Positions 38,442-49,830 of a stretch of DNA of 53,700 nt are shown piece after piece; position 1 is the first letter of the stretch; every line of letters begins with the position of its first letter. Below the pieces are notes generated by a model. It saw only the letters and a list, made by a program, of their open reading frames with translations, was not told where the DNA came from and searched no databases. Location: contig JBBDMM010000001.1 in the NCBI GenBank assembly GCA_040878325.1, positions 124,001 through 177,700 of the forward strand, written 5' to 3'. Position numbers and translations under genes: made by a program. Source of the DNA: Acidimicrobiia bacterium (GTDB lineage Bacteria; Actinomycetota; Acidimicrobiia; Spongiisociales; UBA11373).

Positions 38442-38810
38442 TCAGCTGCTGGCTGATGTCCTCAAGAGAGTCCGCTGGAGGCTTGTCAGCATGGCTCGCA
38501 GCTCCGACAATTCCTGGCTCATAGCCTCGAAATCCGAATCTGCCAGATATCCAAGATCTCGACCCAGGAGGAGCTGGTATTCGGCTTCGTTGCATGACGC
38601 CGAGGCGTACCCGATGAACCGGGAATAGTCGGCACGCGTCATCCGCCCCGAACCTTCGGCGATATTCATCGGAATCGACGACACCGACCGGCGCGTCTGC
38701 GACACGAGTCCGAACCGCTCGTCGGGTGGATACGCCCCGGTGACCAAGTATGAGCGAAGTGTCAGGGCGTGCGACCGCTCCCAGACTTTGAGCTGCCGGT
38801 AGTCACGCAT
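38442..38810 (-). CDS. Four-helix-bundle protein (23S rRNA-IVP / TIGR02436-like)
   Basis: MRDYRQLKVW..YPPDERFGLVSQTRRSVSSIPMNIAEGSGR..S..E..YQL....DLGY. Confidence 0.93.
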   Translation of the reverse strand: MRDYRQLKVWERSHALTLRSYLVTGAYPPDERFGLVSQTRRSVSSIPMNIAEGSGRMTRADYSRFIGYASASCNEAEYQLLLGRDLGYLADSDFEAMSQELSELRAMLTSLQRTLLRTSASS

Positions 38811-38852
38811 GCCTGTTTCATGTCACAACCCGCGGGCCAGGTCAAGGGGTCT

Positions 38853-38884
38853 GACTGGAGACTGGAGACTGGTGACTGGAGACT
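38853..38884. repeat. Right heptamer arm of the four-helix-bundle locus
   Basis: GACTGGA GACTGGA GACTGGT GACTGGA GACT, reverse complement of the left-arm unit. Confidence 0.9.
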
Positions 38885-38890
38885 TCCTGC

Positions 38891-40394
<1,504 letters not shown>

Positions 40395-40395
<1 letters not shown>

Positions 40396-42332
40396 CAGGA
40401 CCCGTCCTCGTCGTGCTCGCCTGCTGCCGCGGCGCGCAACCAGACATCCTGCAAGGCCTCATCCTGGTGCAACTCACGGGCGCGCCGCCGGCTGGGCAAG
40501 AGCCCCTCAGGACGCTTGAGCATCATCAAGATCAGCAGAGCGCCGTAGATGAGGAGTTTGAAGCCCTCGAACTCGCGCAGCAGGCCGGGTGAGTTGCGTC
40601 CCCCCAGCACTCCGATCATCACCAACGCGCCGACCGCAACACCAGGGATGTTGCCCATGCCGCCGACGATGATGACCACCAGGACGGTGATCGACACGAT
40701 CAGGGAGAACGACGCAGGGAAGATCGTCCCGAATTTGACTGCGAACACTGCGCCGCTGAAGGAGGCGATGATCGCTCCGATTACGAACGCTTGCAGCTTG
40801 GCCCGGACGATGTTGACGCCCATCGTCTCGGCAACCTGCTCGTCCTCGCGCATGGCCATCCACGACCGCCCGATGCGAGAGTCCTGGAGCCGCCACGAGA
40901 TGTAGGCCGCGATGAGAACGAAGAAGAACACCGCATAGAAGATCATCTGTTGATCGGTGCCCTTGATCTCGGTGAACCCGAGGGGGATCGATGGGATCCG
41001 TGAGATGCCCTGCGCGCCGCCGGTGGTGCCGCTGAGCCAGTCGGAGAGGAAGAGGATTCGGGCGATCTCTCCGAATCCCAGGGTGACGATTGCCAGGTAG
41101 TCGCCCCGCATGCGGATGACCGGTGTGCCCACGATGATGCCGGCGATGGCGGCGGCGACGATCACAAAGGGCATCGCCTCCCAGAAGTTGAGGGGCGTGG
41201 CGATGAAGCCCCAATCGAAGGAGACCTTCGACAATGGAGATGTGAGGATCGCGGTCGTGTAGGCGCCGACCGCGAAGAACGCCACATATCCCAGGTCGAG
41301 CAGGCCGGCATAGCCGATCACGATGTTCAACCCGAGGCCCATCAGCAAGAAGATCCCTGTCGTCGCCAACAACTCGTTGACGACGCTGCCGAGGAGCATC
41401 GGGAGGAAGATGCCAAGGCCGAGGAACACCGCGACGCCCCCGAACAGCCAGCGCTGGCGCTCCTCTGGGTCCATCGCGGCGATTCGCGCTCGAGCCCGCT
41501 TGCGGGGCCGTTCGGTGACCACCACCAGGACAAAAGCCAGCACGAAGATCACCGCCGCCGCCGGGGTGGTCAACGCCCGGCCACCCACCCTGCTCTCGTA
41601 CAGGAAGTCGATCAGGAAGGTCATGCTCAGGCCGACGCTCTCGAGGTTGATGGCGGAATAGATACCGAGCGCCACCGCAGCGAGCAGCCCGAAAACGAGC
41701 GCCGGACCCCGCTGCAGGAACCGCCCCAGTACCAAAGCGGCGACGGAGGGGATCGCCAGCCCGACGATGAAACCCAGGTGGAGCTCACGGAGGATCTGGC
41801 TGATCACCACCTCGAGGAACCCCACGATCAACACCCACAGGAACGCGCCGATCAAGGCGCGCCGCATCAGCGGGGAGGCCAGCGACAGCAGGGCGCCGAC
41901 CGCTCCACCCACCAACCCACCGACGATGGCCAGGGTGATCCCCGACCCCATCCCGCCGCCGAAGTTGAGCAGTTCGATCAGCCGGGGCGAGATGTTGCTG
42001 AGAACCTCGCGCACCACGAAGGTGTTGATCCAGACCACGTAGATGGCGCCGACCAGGCCACCGACCAAACCGGCGGCGGCCCCGGAGAGAATCCGTTCTG
42101 CCGCTCTCGCCTCACGATCGACGGCGGCCGCCTTCGCTCCCCGGTACCCGGTCCACACCGCGATGCTCATCAGCACCGTGTATCCGAGGCTCAGGATCGG
42201 GTCGATGACGTTCTTTGTCGAGAAAGTCTCGACCATGCCGATGGTCGAGACAAACACGAAACCGAGCCCACCGAGAAGGCCCGCCCGCAGCACTTTGCGC
42301 CGGTCGACCGGGGGCGCTTCGGAGACAGCCAT
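40395..42332 (-). CDS. livM: Branched-chain amino acid ABC permease (LivM-like) with a long extra N-terminal membrane region
   Basis: GLNIVIGYAGLLDLGYVAFF, RMRGDYLAIVTLGFGE, GGMGN; 645 aa. Confidence 0.9.
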
Positions 42333-43417
42333 CAGCCGCGCTCCTCTACTGCGAGCCGTTCACCGAGAAGGCCGGTCGGGCGGAAAATGAGGATGAGCAC
42401 GAGGGCGCTGAAAGCCACCACATCCTTCAACTGGCTCACCGAGGGGATGTCCCAGCCGTCGAGGACCAGCAGCGGCCCCAAGGATTCGAACAGGCCGAGG
42501 GCGAGCCCGCCGACATACGCCCCGGCCATGTTGCCGATGCCGCCGAGCACCGCGGCGGTGAAGGCCTTGATCCCCGGCAGGAATCCGGTGAGGAAGTAGA
42601 CCTGGCGGAACAAGAGTGCCCACAGGACACCGGCGACGCCCGCCATCGCCCCGCCCACGGCGAAAGTGAGGGCGATCACCCGATCGACATTGACCCCCAT
42701 CAGTGCGGCGATCTCACGGTCTTCGGCGATCGCCCGCATCGCCCGGCCCATCCGGGTCCGGGTTACATAGGTGTAGAGGCCGGCCATCGCCACCGCAGCC
42801 ACGATGATCACTACCAACTGCGTCTTGAGGATTTCGATGCCGAGTAGGGAAATCCGCCCCTGCATCACCGTGGGCAGGACGGGATAGCTCTTGAAACTCT
42901 CGCCGAACAGCCCGCGGAAGGTGTACTGGACGAAGAAGGACATCCCGATCGAAGTGATCAGCGGGATGAGACGCGGGGCGCCGCGAAGCGGCCGGTAGGC
43001 GAGCCGCTCGATCAGCACCGCCACCAGCATCGAGGTGGCCATCGAGACCAGGATGGTGACACCGAGGCCAACGATTGGCTGGCTGTCCCAGACCCCGGCG
43101 TCGGCCAGCGCATTGGCGGCGAAGAATCCGGTCACCGCCCCGCTCATGAACACCTCGCCGTGGGCGAAGTTGATGAACCCGAGCACGCCGTACACCATCG
43201 AGTATCCGAGGGCGATCAGGCCGTACATCGACCCCTGGGCGAGCCCGGTGACAACCAGCTCCCGCCACGCTTGCGCGGTGAGCCCCTCACCGTCGACCGC
43301 CTTCGAAACGGTCCCCAGCACACCCACGACGATGAAGACGAGCGCGCCGATGCGGATCGCCCACAGGAACGTGTCGACCCAACTGAAACGGAAGCTTCGG
43401 GGCTTGAGCAGTTGCAT
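42332..43417 (-). CDS. livH: Branched-chain amino acid ABC permease (LivH-like)
   Basis: YGLIALGYSMVYG..INFAHG, KAFTAAVLGGIG, FRPTGL; start uncertain. Confidence 0.9.
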   Translation of the reverse strand: MQLLKPRSFRFSWVDTFLWAIRIGALVFIVVGVLGTVSKAVDGEGLTAQAWRELVVTGLAQGSMYGLIALGYSMVYGVLGFINFAHGEVFMSGAVTGFFAANALADAGVWDSQPIVGLGVTILVSMATSMLVAVLIERLAYRPLRGAPRLIPLITSIGMSFFVQYTFRGLFGESFKSYPVLPTVMQGRISLLGIEILKTQLVVIIVAAVAMAGLYTYVTRTRMGRAMRAIAEDREIAALMGVNVDRVIALTFAVGGAMAGVAGVLWALLFRQVYFLTGFLPGIKAFTAAVLGGIGNMAGAYVGGLALGLFESLGPLLVLDGWDIPSVSQLKDVVAFSALVLILIFRPTGLLGERLAVEERG

Positions 43418-43482
43418 CGGATCTGGGTGAGCAGAGACCCGGCACCCGAGGGTGCCGGGTCTCCACCCGGTCAATCAGCCGA

Positions 43483-44859
43483 TCAGGAGTCGATGACGAC
43501 GACTTCGCCGCCAGCGCCCTTGCCGGCACGGAACACGACGTTGGCGATACCCGCCTGAGGATCCGTCGGATCCTCGTTCAGGACCACGGACACCGTGTTG
43601 GCGCCGCAGTCACCGAACGCGTCGCAGCTGAGCGTTCCCGTCACGCCGGGGAAGTCCACCGTCGCATACAGGAAGTCGCGCAGTTCCTGACGGTCGACCC
43701 ACAGCTCGCCGTTCGGACCCTGCACCCCGACCGACGCGATGGCATTGAGCAGCATCATCGTCGCGTCATAGGTGTGGGCATGGAACGCGGCCACCGGGGC
43801 CTCGCCGTAGGCGGCCTCGTAACGGGCCACCAGGTTCGTGTAGCTCTCACCGGTGAAACCGGCGTTGCCTTCGAACCCGAGATCCGGACCCGAGAAGTAC
43901 GCGCCCGCGGCCTCAGGCAGCGAGAACAGGTCCGGGGTGATCAGGCCATCGGCGCCGTACATCACCACTTCCTCAAGACCGGCAACCCCGCCCCGCTGCT
44001 GAAGGATGAAGTCACCCTCAGGCTGGAAGATCGGGAAGTAGATCCCTTCGGGTGCACCATTGGCGCACTCGGTCAGGACGGGCACCATGTCGGTGTCGCC
44101 CTTGTTGATCGAGGTGGCCACCGAGATTTCCCCACCAAGGGTCTCGAACGCGGCGCCGAAGGCACCGGCGAGGCCGCTGGTATAGGGGTCACCGTCGTGG
44201 ATGGTGCACATGTTCGTGAGTCCAAGCACGTCGAAGGCGAACAGAGCCGCCGCGCCGCCCTGGATCAGGTCGTTGTGCGCCGTGCGCAGGTAGAACGGGA
44301 AGTAGTTCTCCCCGGCGTTCCCCTGGAAGTCGGAGGTGAGTGACGGGCCCGTGTTGGAACCCGAGATCATCACGATTCCGGCTTCATTGAAGATCGCCAT
44401 CGCCGGCACCGCAGCACCCGAGCAGGTCGTCCCGATGACGCCCAAGACTCCAGGCTGCGCCGAAATGACGGTGGCACCGGCGCCGCCGCCCTCGCCCAGG
44501 CACAGATCGTCCTCGACGGTGCCGAGGTTGACCGCGTGACCGTGGACGTCGCCGAAGTCTTCTATCGCGAGTTCGATCCCTCGCTGCTGGTCGATGCCAA
44601 GGAAGGCGACCTCGCCGCTGATGGCCTGCAGGGCGCGGATCTCGACCGGTGCACCGGCCTCGATCAGCACTCCGCCGGCAGGACCAGCCTCCGGCGGGAA
44701 TGCTTCTCCCGCGGTGGTCGTGGTCGCCGCAGCGGTGGTAGTGGTAGCGGCCGCGCCGGTGGTCGTCGTGGTGGCATCGTCGTCGCCGCAGGCGGCGGCA
44801 AACAGCGCAAACACCACGAGCAACACACCGAGGTGCCGCATCTTCGTGAATCGATTCAT
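43483..44859 (-). CDS. Branched-chain amino acid ABC substrate-binding lipoprotein
   Basis: Lipobox FAAAC, Thr-rich linker, DD.C, IGTTCSG, YDA, GVTG. Confidence 0.9.
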   Translation of the reverse strand: MNRFTKMRHLGVLLVVFALFAAACGDDDATTTTTGAAATTTTAAATTTTAGEAFPPEAGPAGGVLIEAGAPVEIRALQAISGEVAFLGIDQQRGIELAIEDFGDVHGHAVNLGTVEDDLCLGEGGGAGATVISAQPGVLGVIGTTCSGAAVPAMAIFNEAGIVMISGSNTGPSLTSDFQGNAGENYFPFYLRTAHNDLIQGGAAALFAFDVLGLTNMCTIHDGDPYTSGLAGAFGAAFETLGGEISVATSINKGDTDMVPVLTECANGAPEGIYFPIFQPEGDFILQQRGGVAGLEEVVMYGADGLITPDLFSLPEAAGAYFSGPDLGFEGNAGFTGESYTNLVARYEAAYGEAPVAAFHAHTYDATMMLLNAIASVGVQGPNGELWVDRQELRDFLYATVDFPGVTGTLSCDAFGDCGANTVSVVLNEDPTDPQAGIANVVFRAGKGAGGEVVVIDS

Positions 44860-44990
44860 TAGTTGTTTCCCCTCCATATTGGGAGCCGGCCGCCGGCAGT
44901 GGACCGCGACCCAGAACAATGGAGTGTAACCGGTTGGCCTGGCGGCTGAGAGGCGACCGGGCACAGCACTTCATGAGACAATGAGCGGCT

Positions 44991-47096
44991 GTGCGCGCCC
45001 GAGATGAAGCCCTGCTGACCGAGATACTGCCCCCAGAAGAGCGGGCAGTCGAGGCGGTGGTCGCCCGGTATCAAAGGGTCGCTCCGGCGGTGACCCGCTT
45101 CGCCCGCTCGTTGGCCGACAACGACGAATTGCGGGTCCGCCTCGGTTCGCGGACGGTGGCGGACGCCGGGGAGATCGTTATGGACCCAGGCATTTTCCAG
45201 GCGGCCTACGCCCGCAGGGCACCCGTCACGCCCTCCGAAGTAGCCCTGGCATCTGCACTCCACGAGGTGGTGCACCTGGTTGCCACCGACCTCGACGAGA
45301 AGCGGCCCCTCCCCCCGGAATGGTTCCCCGACCTCGATGAGCCACTCCCGGAGGATCCGGTGACGCTGCTCGATGCCGTCGACCGGGCCGGAGGCCCGGC
45401 CGCCGAAGCGATGTTCCTCGCCATCGAAGACGCCCGCCAGGAGGCTCAGCATCTTGGCATCTATCCGGGCGCCCGTTCGGTGCTCGGGGACCTCTACCGC
45501 GCTTCGATTCCGGGAGCGATGGGGAAGGCGCGCCCCATGGGGCAGTTCGCCCTCTGCTGCTTTCTCGCGGTGGGCGCTTACCAGGACGTCGACACCCTCC
45601 AGGGCCTGTCCGATACGCCGGTGGCCACCGCCCTCGAGGAGTCCCGGGACCTCATCGAACAGGCTCAAGCCGCAGACGGTCCCTGGGAGACGGCCGGGAT
45701 CGGGCTCGCCCTGCTGGCGATCGCCCGCCTGCATGGGCTGCTCACCGAGGCATCCACCACCGAGACCCCGACCCAGACCGAGGCGCGCGAGGAAGTCGAC
45801 CGGGACCGCATCGACGAGGGCGTTGACGGTGTACGGATCATCACGCCGATCCTGCGCGACGCCGAGTCGTACGACGCCACCAAGCGTTCCGCCCAGGCGA
45901 TGGCGGCCGAGAGGGGCACGAAAGCCGACATCGACGAGGCTGGTGACCCCGCCACCGACCAGATCCTGCGGGTTTCGGAAGGGCCTGACGTGTACCTCCC
46001 GACGGGCCAGAGCGGACGGCTGATCGTCTCGGCCATGCCAGACCGATTCACCGCGTTCGCATCCAACGGGCGAGATGCCATCGATGAGGCCGCCCGCAAG
46101 TGGGATGTGGCCCCCCGTCACATCTCCGGTGAGCTTTATCCGCTGTTCGTCGCCAATCAGCGGCGCGGCCTCCGGTCGGGCTACGACGCCGGCGACCTGT
46201 CCCCACACGCCGCCCTGTTCCTGGGCGCGGGCCTGTATCAGCGGATGTTCGAGCGGCGGTCGCTCCCCACCCGCCGCGCCTATGCGGTGAGCCTCCTGGT
46301 CGATGGGTCAGCCAGCATGTTGCAGCCGCGGCCGCTCCCGGGCGGGCTGAAGGCCCCGTGGGCGATGGCGGCCGCCACCCTCGGGGCATGGACCCTCGCC
46401 CGACTCTGTGACGAGTTGCAGGTGGAGTTCGAGGTGGCACTGTTCAACCGGGCGTTTGCCTCCCGGGTCGACGACAGCGAACGCAGCTATGTCGACCGCC
46501 TCAACCAGACCCGGGGAGCCCTGCGCCGTAGCCAGGGCGGCGCCGCCGACCGCCTCACCCGAACCATCAATCACTACCTCGTCAAGACCTTCGATCAGCG
46601 GTGGGAGTCGGCCGAGCCGAGCCTCGCCGGACTCTTCTGGACCGCGGCCCGCCCGGCCGAAGCCGCCACCGTCGCCCGAAAGGATCCGACCGGGTCACCG
46701 CCTGTCTCGATGTTCGAGAAGGCAGCCAACGTCGACGAGTTGAACGTGAGCCACGCGGCCGAGCGCCTCGCCCGCCGCAGCGCCCAGGTGCGGATGCTGG
46801 TGGTGCTCGCCGACGGGATGACCCGCGGCTCGGTGGAGACCCTGGCGGCGTCAGTCGATGCGGTGGAAGCCTCGGGTACCACCGTTCTGGGAATCGGCAT
46901 CGGGGACGCCACGGTCGAAGCCGCCTATTCACGCCGCCAGGTGGTGGGCCGACCGGAAGAATTGACCAAGGCGATGATCGACGGGGTCCGCTCGGCCCTT
47001 CGCAAGAGCATCGCCCTCTCGGGGGGCGACACCTGGTGGGCCCACGAGAGCTTGCTGTCCGAACGCCGTGAGATGACAAGGAGCAACAGTGCCTGA
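44991..47096 (+). CDS. vWA-domain protein (CobT/NorD-like) with N-terminal HEXXH
   Basis: ALHEVVH and IEDAR near the N-terminus; MIDAS LLVDGSASM, VVLADG, LGIGIG. Confidence 0.8.
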   Translation: MRARDEALLTEILPPEERAVEAVVARYQRVAPAVTRFARSLADNDELRVRLGSRTVADAGEIVMDPGIFQAAYARRAPVTPSEVALASALHEVVHLVATDLDEKRPLPPEWFPDLDEPLPEDPVTLLDAVDRAGGPAAEAMFLAIEDARQEAQHLGIYPGARSVLGDLYRASIPGAMGKARPMGQFALCCFLAVGAYQDVDTLQGLSDTPVATALEESRDLIEQAQAADGPWETAGIGLALLAIARLHGLLTEASTTETPTQTEAREEVDRDRIDEGVDGVRIITPILRDAESYDATKRSAQAMAAERGTKADIDEAGDPATDQILRVSEGPDVYLPTGQSGRLIVSAMPDRFTAFASNGRDAIDEAARKWDVAPRHISGELYPLFVANQRRGLRSGYDAGDLSPHAALFLGAGLYQRMFERRSLPTRRAYAVSLLVDGSASMLQPRPLPGGLKAPWAMAAATLGAWTLARLCDELQVEFEVALFNRAFASRVDDSERSYVDRLNQTRGALRRSQGGAADRLTRTINHYLVKTFDQRWESAEPSLAGLFWTAARPAEAATVARKDPTGSPPVSMFEKAANVDELNVSHAAERLARRSAQVRMLVVLADGMTRGSVETLAASVDAVEASGTTVLGIGIGDATVEAAYSRRQVVGRPEELTKAMIDGVRSALRKSIALSGGDTWWAHESLLSERREMTRSNSA

Positions 47097-48081
47097 GAAA
47101 GTGAAGTTCGTCGACCCAACCGGACGGGGCAAGGTGATCCAGCTCACCGCGTTCGAGGTGCCTGCCGACATCCCCGACCACGATCAGCGAGCCGGCAAGA
47201 TCCCGGAGGCCGACCCCAACTATGTCGACCTCGGCATGTTGTACCGCCTCGCCGCGATCGAGCAGGTGCGGCGTGCCGGCCTGGTCGACACGCCGCTCCA
47301 CCTCGCGCTCCGCGGCCACATGGGCACCGGCAAGGACCACGACCTCGAGCAGTTCGCGGCGATGCTGCGGATGCCGTACTACCGGATCCCGCTCACCGGA
47401 GAGGTGCGTGACATCACCCTGATCGGGTCGGTCAAGCTCCACGGCGACGGCCGTGGAGGCACCGAGAGCCGGTGGGAGGACGGCGACATCACCCGGGCAC
47501 TGCGCGGGCCCGCCCTCATCAACCTCTCTGAGCTGAACGCCGCCGGGGCCGAAACGCTGTTCGCCCTGCATGCACTGCTCGATCGGTACCAGGCCCTCGA
47601 CCTCCCCACCGGGGAGACCGTCCATCTGCGCGACGACACGCGGATCTTCGGCACGCTGAATCCCACCGATCTACGCGACTACGCCGGGACCCAGACCCTC
47701 AACAAAGCGTTCGCCGACCGGTGGGTCATCTGGGAGAAGCACTTCCCCGATGTCGAGCAGACCGAGGCGATGCTGGAACGCCGCTATCCGAAGCTCCACG
47801 CGCCCTTCGTGAAGACGATCGCCCGGCTCGCCATCGAGGTGAACGAGTCCTTCACCGCGTCGGATGCCCGCACCCGGGTGGGAACCCCGATGAGCCTGCG
47901 GACCGTGCTCGACCGGATTCCGGCCGGGTTGTGGATGTATGCCGACGACGAGGATCCCCTCCGCCGCACCTGGGAAGAGTTCGTCCTCAGCCACATCGAC
48001 CCCTACGACCTCGACCACTACGAAACAGTGTGGTCAGCAGTAGCAAGACGAGGCCCAGAAGGGCCACCGTTCAAGAAGTAG
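47089..48081 (+). CDS. MoxR-like AAA+ ATPase (CobS/CbbQ/NorQ-like)
   Basis: GHMGTGKD, W.DG, LINLSELN, GTLNP, AFADRW, SLR; overlaps the vWA gene stop. Confidence 0.85.
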   Translation: MPEKVKFVDPTGRGKVIQLTAFEVPADIPDHDQRAGKIPEADPNYVDLGMLYRLAAIEQVRRAGLVDTPLHLALRGHMGTGKDHDLEQFAAMLRMPYYRIPLTGEVRDITLIGSVKLHGDGRGGTESRWEDGDITRALRGPALINLSELNAAGAETLFALHALLDRYQALDLPTGETVHLRDDTRIFGTLNPTDLRDYAGTQTLNKAFADRWVIWEKHFPDVEQTEAMLERRYPKLHAPFVKTIARLAIEVNESFTASDARTRVGTPMSLRTVLDRIPAGLWMYADDEDPLRRTWEEFVLSHIDPYDLDHYETVWSAVARRGPEGPPFKK

Positions 48082-48187
48082 TCCTCAGTCGCCAGTCTCC
48101 AGTCTCCAGTCTCCAGTCTGAAGCAGGTGAACGCGCTTCACAGGGCTGGCGGGTTGCGCATCGCGCATCGCGCATCGCGGATGGCGG
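48080..48187. repeat. Two heptamer arrays
   Basis: AGTCCTC AGTCGCC (AGTCTCC)x3 AGTCT at 48080-48119; (GCATCGC)x3 GGATGGC at about 48158-48187. Confidence 0.9.
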
Positions 48188-48562
48188 TCAAGCCCTCCTC
48201 TCTACGAGACCTACCACATTCCCCTCTGAGTCCTTGAAGAAGGCCATCCACTCCTCGGTGCCGGCGGCGCCGAAGGTGCCGTCGGCGTCGCGGAAGATCA
48301 TGTGGGGGGCGTCGGTCACTTCCACTCCGGCATCGCGGAGGGCGGCGTACTCGGCGTCGATGTCGTCGACCGCGAGGTAGAGCAGTGCCGATGGTGCCCC
48401 CCGCTCGATCAGGAGGCGGGTGTCCCCCAGGTCGAAGAACGCCAGCCCCGGTGGATCGAACGAAGCAATGAAGCGCAGCCCCAGAGTGTCGCGGTAGAAC
48501 GCGATCGCCCGCTCGAAATCCTCAGCCCGCTGCGCCACCTGATGGAGGCGGGAGATGGTCAT
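48188..48562 (-). CDS. VOC/glyoxalase family protein
   Basis: LHQVA..D.ERAIAFYRDTLGL, LYLAVDDID, AFFKDSEGN. Confidence 0.9.
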   Translation of the reverse strand: MTISRLHQVAQRAEDFERAIAFYRDTLGLRFIASFDPPGLAFFDLGDTRLLIERGAPSALLYLAVDDIDAEYAALRDAGVEVTDAPHMIFRDADGTFGAAGTEEWMAFFKDSEGNVVGLVERRA

Positions 48563-48603
48563 GGAATGAGTCTGGCAAGGTCGGCCGCCGTCGGCGACCT
48601 CCC

Positions 48604-48741
48604 GCGATTGGCGATTGGCGATTGGCAGAACGCGTTCGAAGCGTCGGACCCGTCGAGCTGAGTCTTGCGGAAGGCGGAAGGCGGAAGGCGGAAGGCCCTT
48701 CTTCCTGGAGACTGGAGACTGGCGACTGGCGACTGCCGACT
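48604..48741. repeat. Three stacked heptamer arrays
   Basis: (GCGATTG)x3; TCTT(GCGGAAG)x4GCC; CTGGAGA CTGGAGA CTGGCGA CTGGCGA CTGCCGA CT. Confidence 0.93.
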
Positions 48742-48753
48742 ACCTTCCCCCCC

Positions 48754-49818
48754 ATGCCCCGTTACGACCTCGGTGATCCGGAGCTGGACGCTCGGATTGC
48801 CGCGCTTGCGGCCGAGGTGCTCGAACACCACGACGACAACGACCTCGACTTGATCTCGGAGTTGATCGTCACCTCGCTCAAACTCGGCCGTGACCGGGCC
48901 AGCCGGGGTGACCTGAAACTGCTCAACAGCGCGCTCAAGGAGTTGCGGTTCGCCTTCCTGGTGTTCTCCCAGTACCGGCACATCCCCAAGGTGTCCGTCT
49001 TCGGATCGGCCCGCACGGGTCCCGAGCATGCCAACTACCAACTGGCGGCCGACTTTGCCGAACGGATGGTTGAAGTCGAGAAGTGGATGGTCGTCACCGG
49101 GGCCGGCCCCGGGATCATGGAGGCCGCCAACCGCGGCGCCGGCGGGGAATTCTCGTTCGGGGTGAACATCAGGCTGCCGTTCGAGGCTGCGGCGAACCCC
49201 TACGTGGACGACGCCCGGCTCATCAACTTCAAGTACTTCTTCACGCGGAAGCTGATGTTCCTCAAGGAGTCGCACGCATTCGCCCTCTTCCCGGGCGGTT
49301 TCGGAACGCAGGACGAGACGTTCGAACTGCTGACCCTCACCCAGACCGGGAAGACCACAATCCATCCGATCGTCCTCCTCGAGGCACCAGGCTTCGACTA
49401 TTGGAAGGGATGGCTGGACTTCGTGCGAGGGACTCTCATCGAGCGGGGCATGATCGCCCCCGACGATCTCGCCCTCTTCACCCACACCCACGACCTCGAT
49501 GTCGCCGCCCGCGAGATCACCCACTTCTACGCCAACTATCACTCGCAGCGGTTTGTCGGCGATCGGCTGGTCCTGCGACTCCGGACCCCACCCGATGACG
49601 CGCTCGTGCAGCGCCTGAACGACGAATACTCCGACGTGCTCGCTTCAGGGCGGATCGAGTCGGTGGAACCCAGCGACGCCGAGATCGCCGACAACGACCA
49701 TGTCGACCTCCCCCGCCTGCGTTTGCACTTCGACCGGCGGAGCCTGGGAAGGCTCAGGTTGCTGCTCGACACGGTCAATGATGCGGTGGCCGAGTCCGGG
49801 GCCCCTGGGGCGGATTAA
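48754..49818 (+). CDS. LOG family nucleotide phosphoribohydrolase, extended type
   Basis: VSVFGSAR, TGAGPGIMEAANRG, FFTRKLMF, PGGFGTQDE; ATG 7 nt after TACCTT (likely leaderless). Confidence 0.9.
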   Translation: MPRYDLGDPELDARIAALAAEVLEHHDDNDLDLISELIVTSLKLGRDRASRGDLKLLNSALKELRFAFLVFSQYRHIPKVSVFGSARTGPEHANYQLAADFAERMVEVEKWMVVTGAGPGIMEAANRGAGGEFSFGVNIRLPFEAAANPYVDDARLINFKYFFTRKLMFLKESHAFALFPGGFGTQDETFELLTLTQTGKTTIHPIVLLEAPGFDYWKGWLDFVRGTLIERGMIAPDDLALFTHTHDLDVAAREITHFYANYHSQRFVGDRLVLRLRTPPDDALVQRLNDEYSDVLASGRIESVEPSDAEIADNDHVDLPRLRLHFDRRSLGRLRLLLDTVNDAVAESGAPGAD

Positions 49819-49830
49819 TCTTCAGGGTTC

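Noticed and set aside
38442..38810. Diversity-generating retroelement or 23S rRNA intervening sequence
   Set aside because: No reverse transcriptase, TR/VR pair or rRNA sequence was seen.
44713..44775. Trinucleotide-like repeats in the ABC binding-protein gene
   Set aside because: They encode an ordinary Thr/Ala lipoprotein linker.
48622..48753. N-terminal extensions and small ORFs with heptad motifs (AEGGRRK, WRLETGD, SPVSSLQ, QFAIRNS), also near 20113, 28376, 35170, 36123 and 52413
   Set aside because: These are translations of the DNA heptamer arrays; better-supported starts lie downstream.
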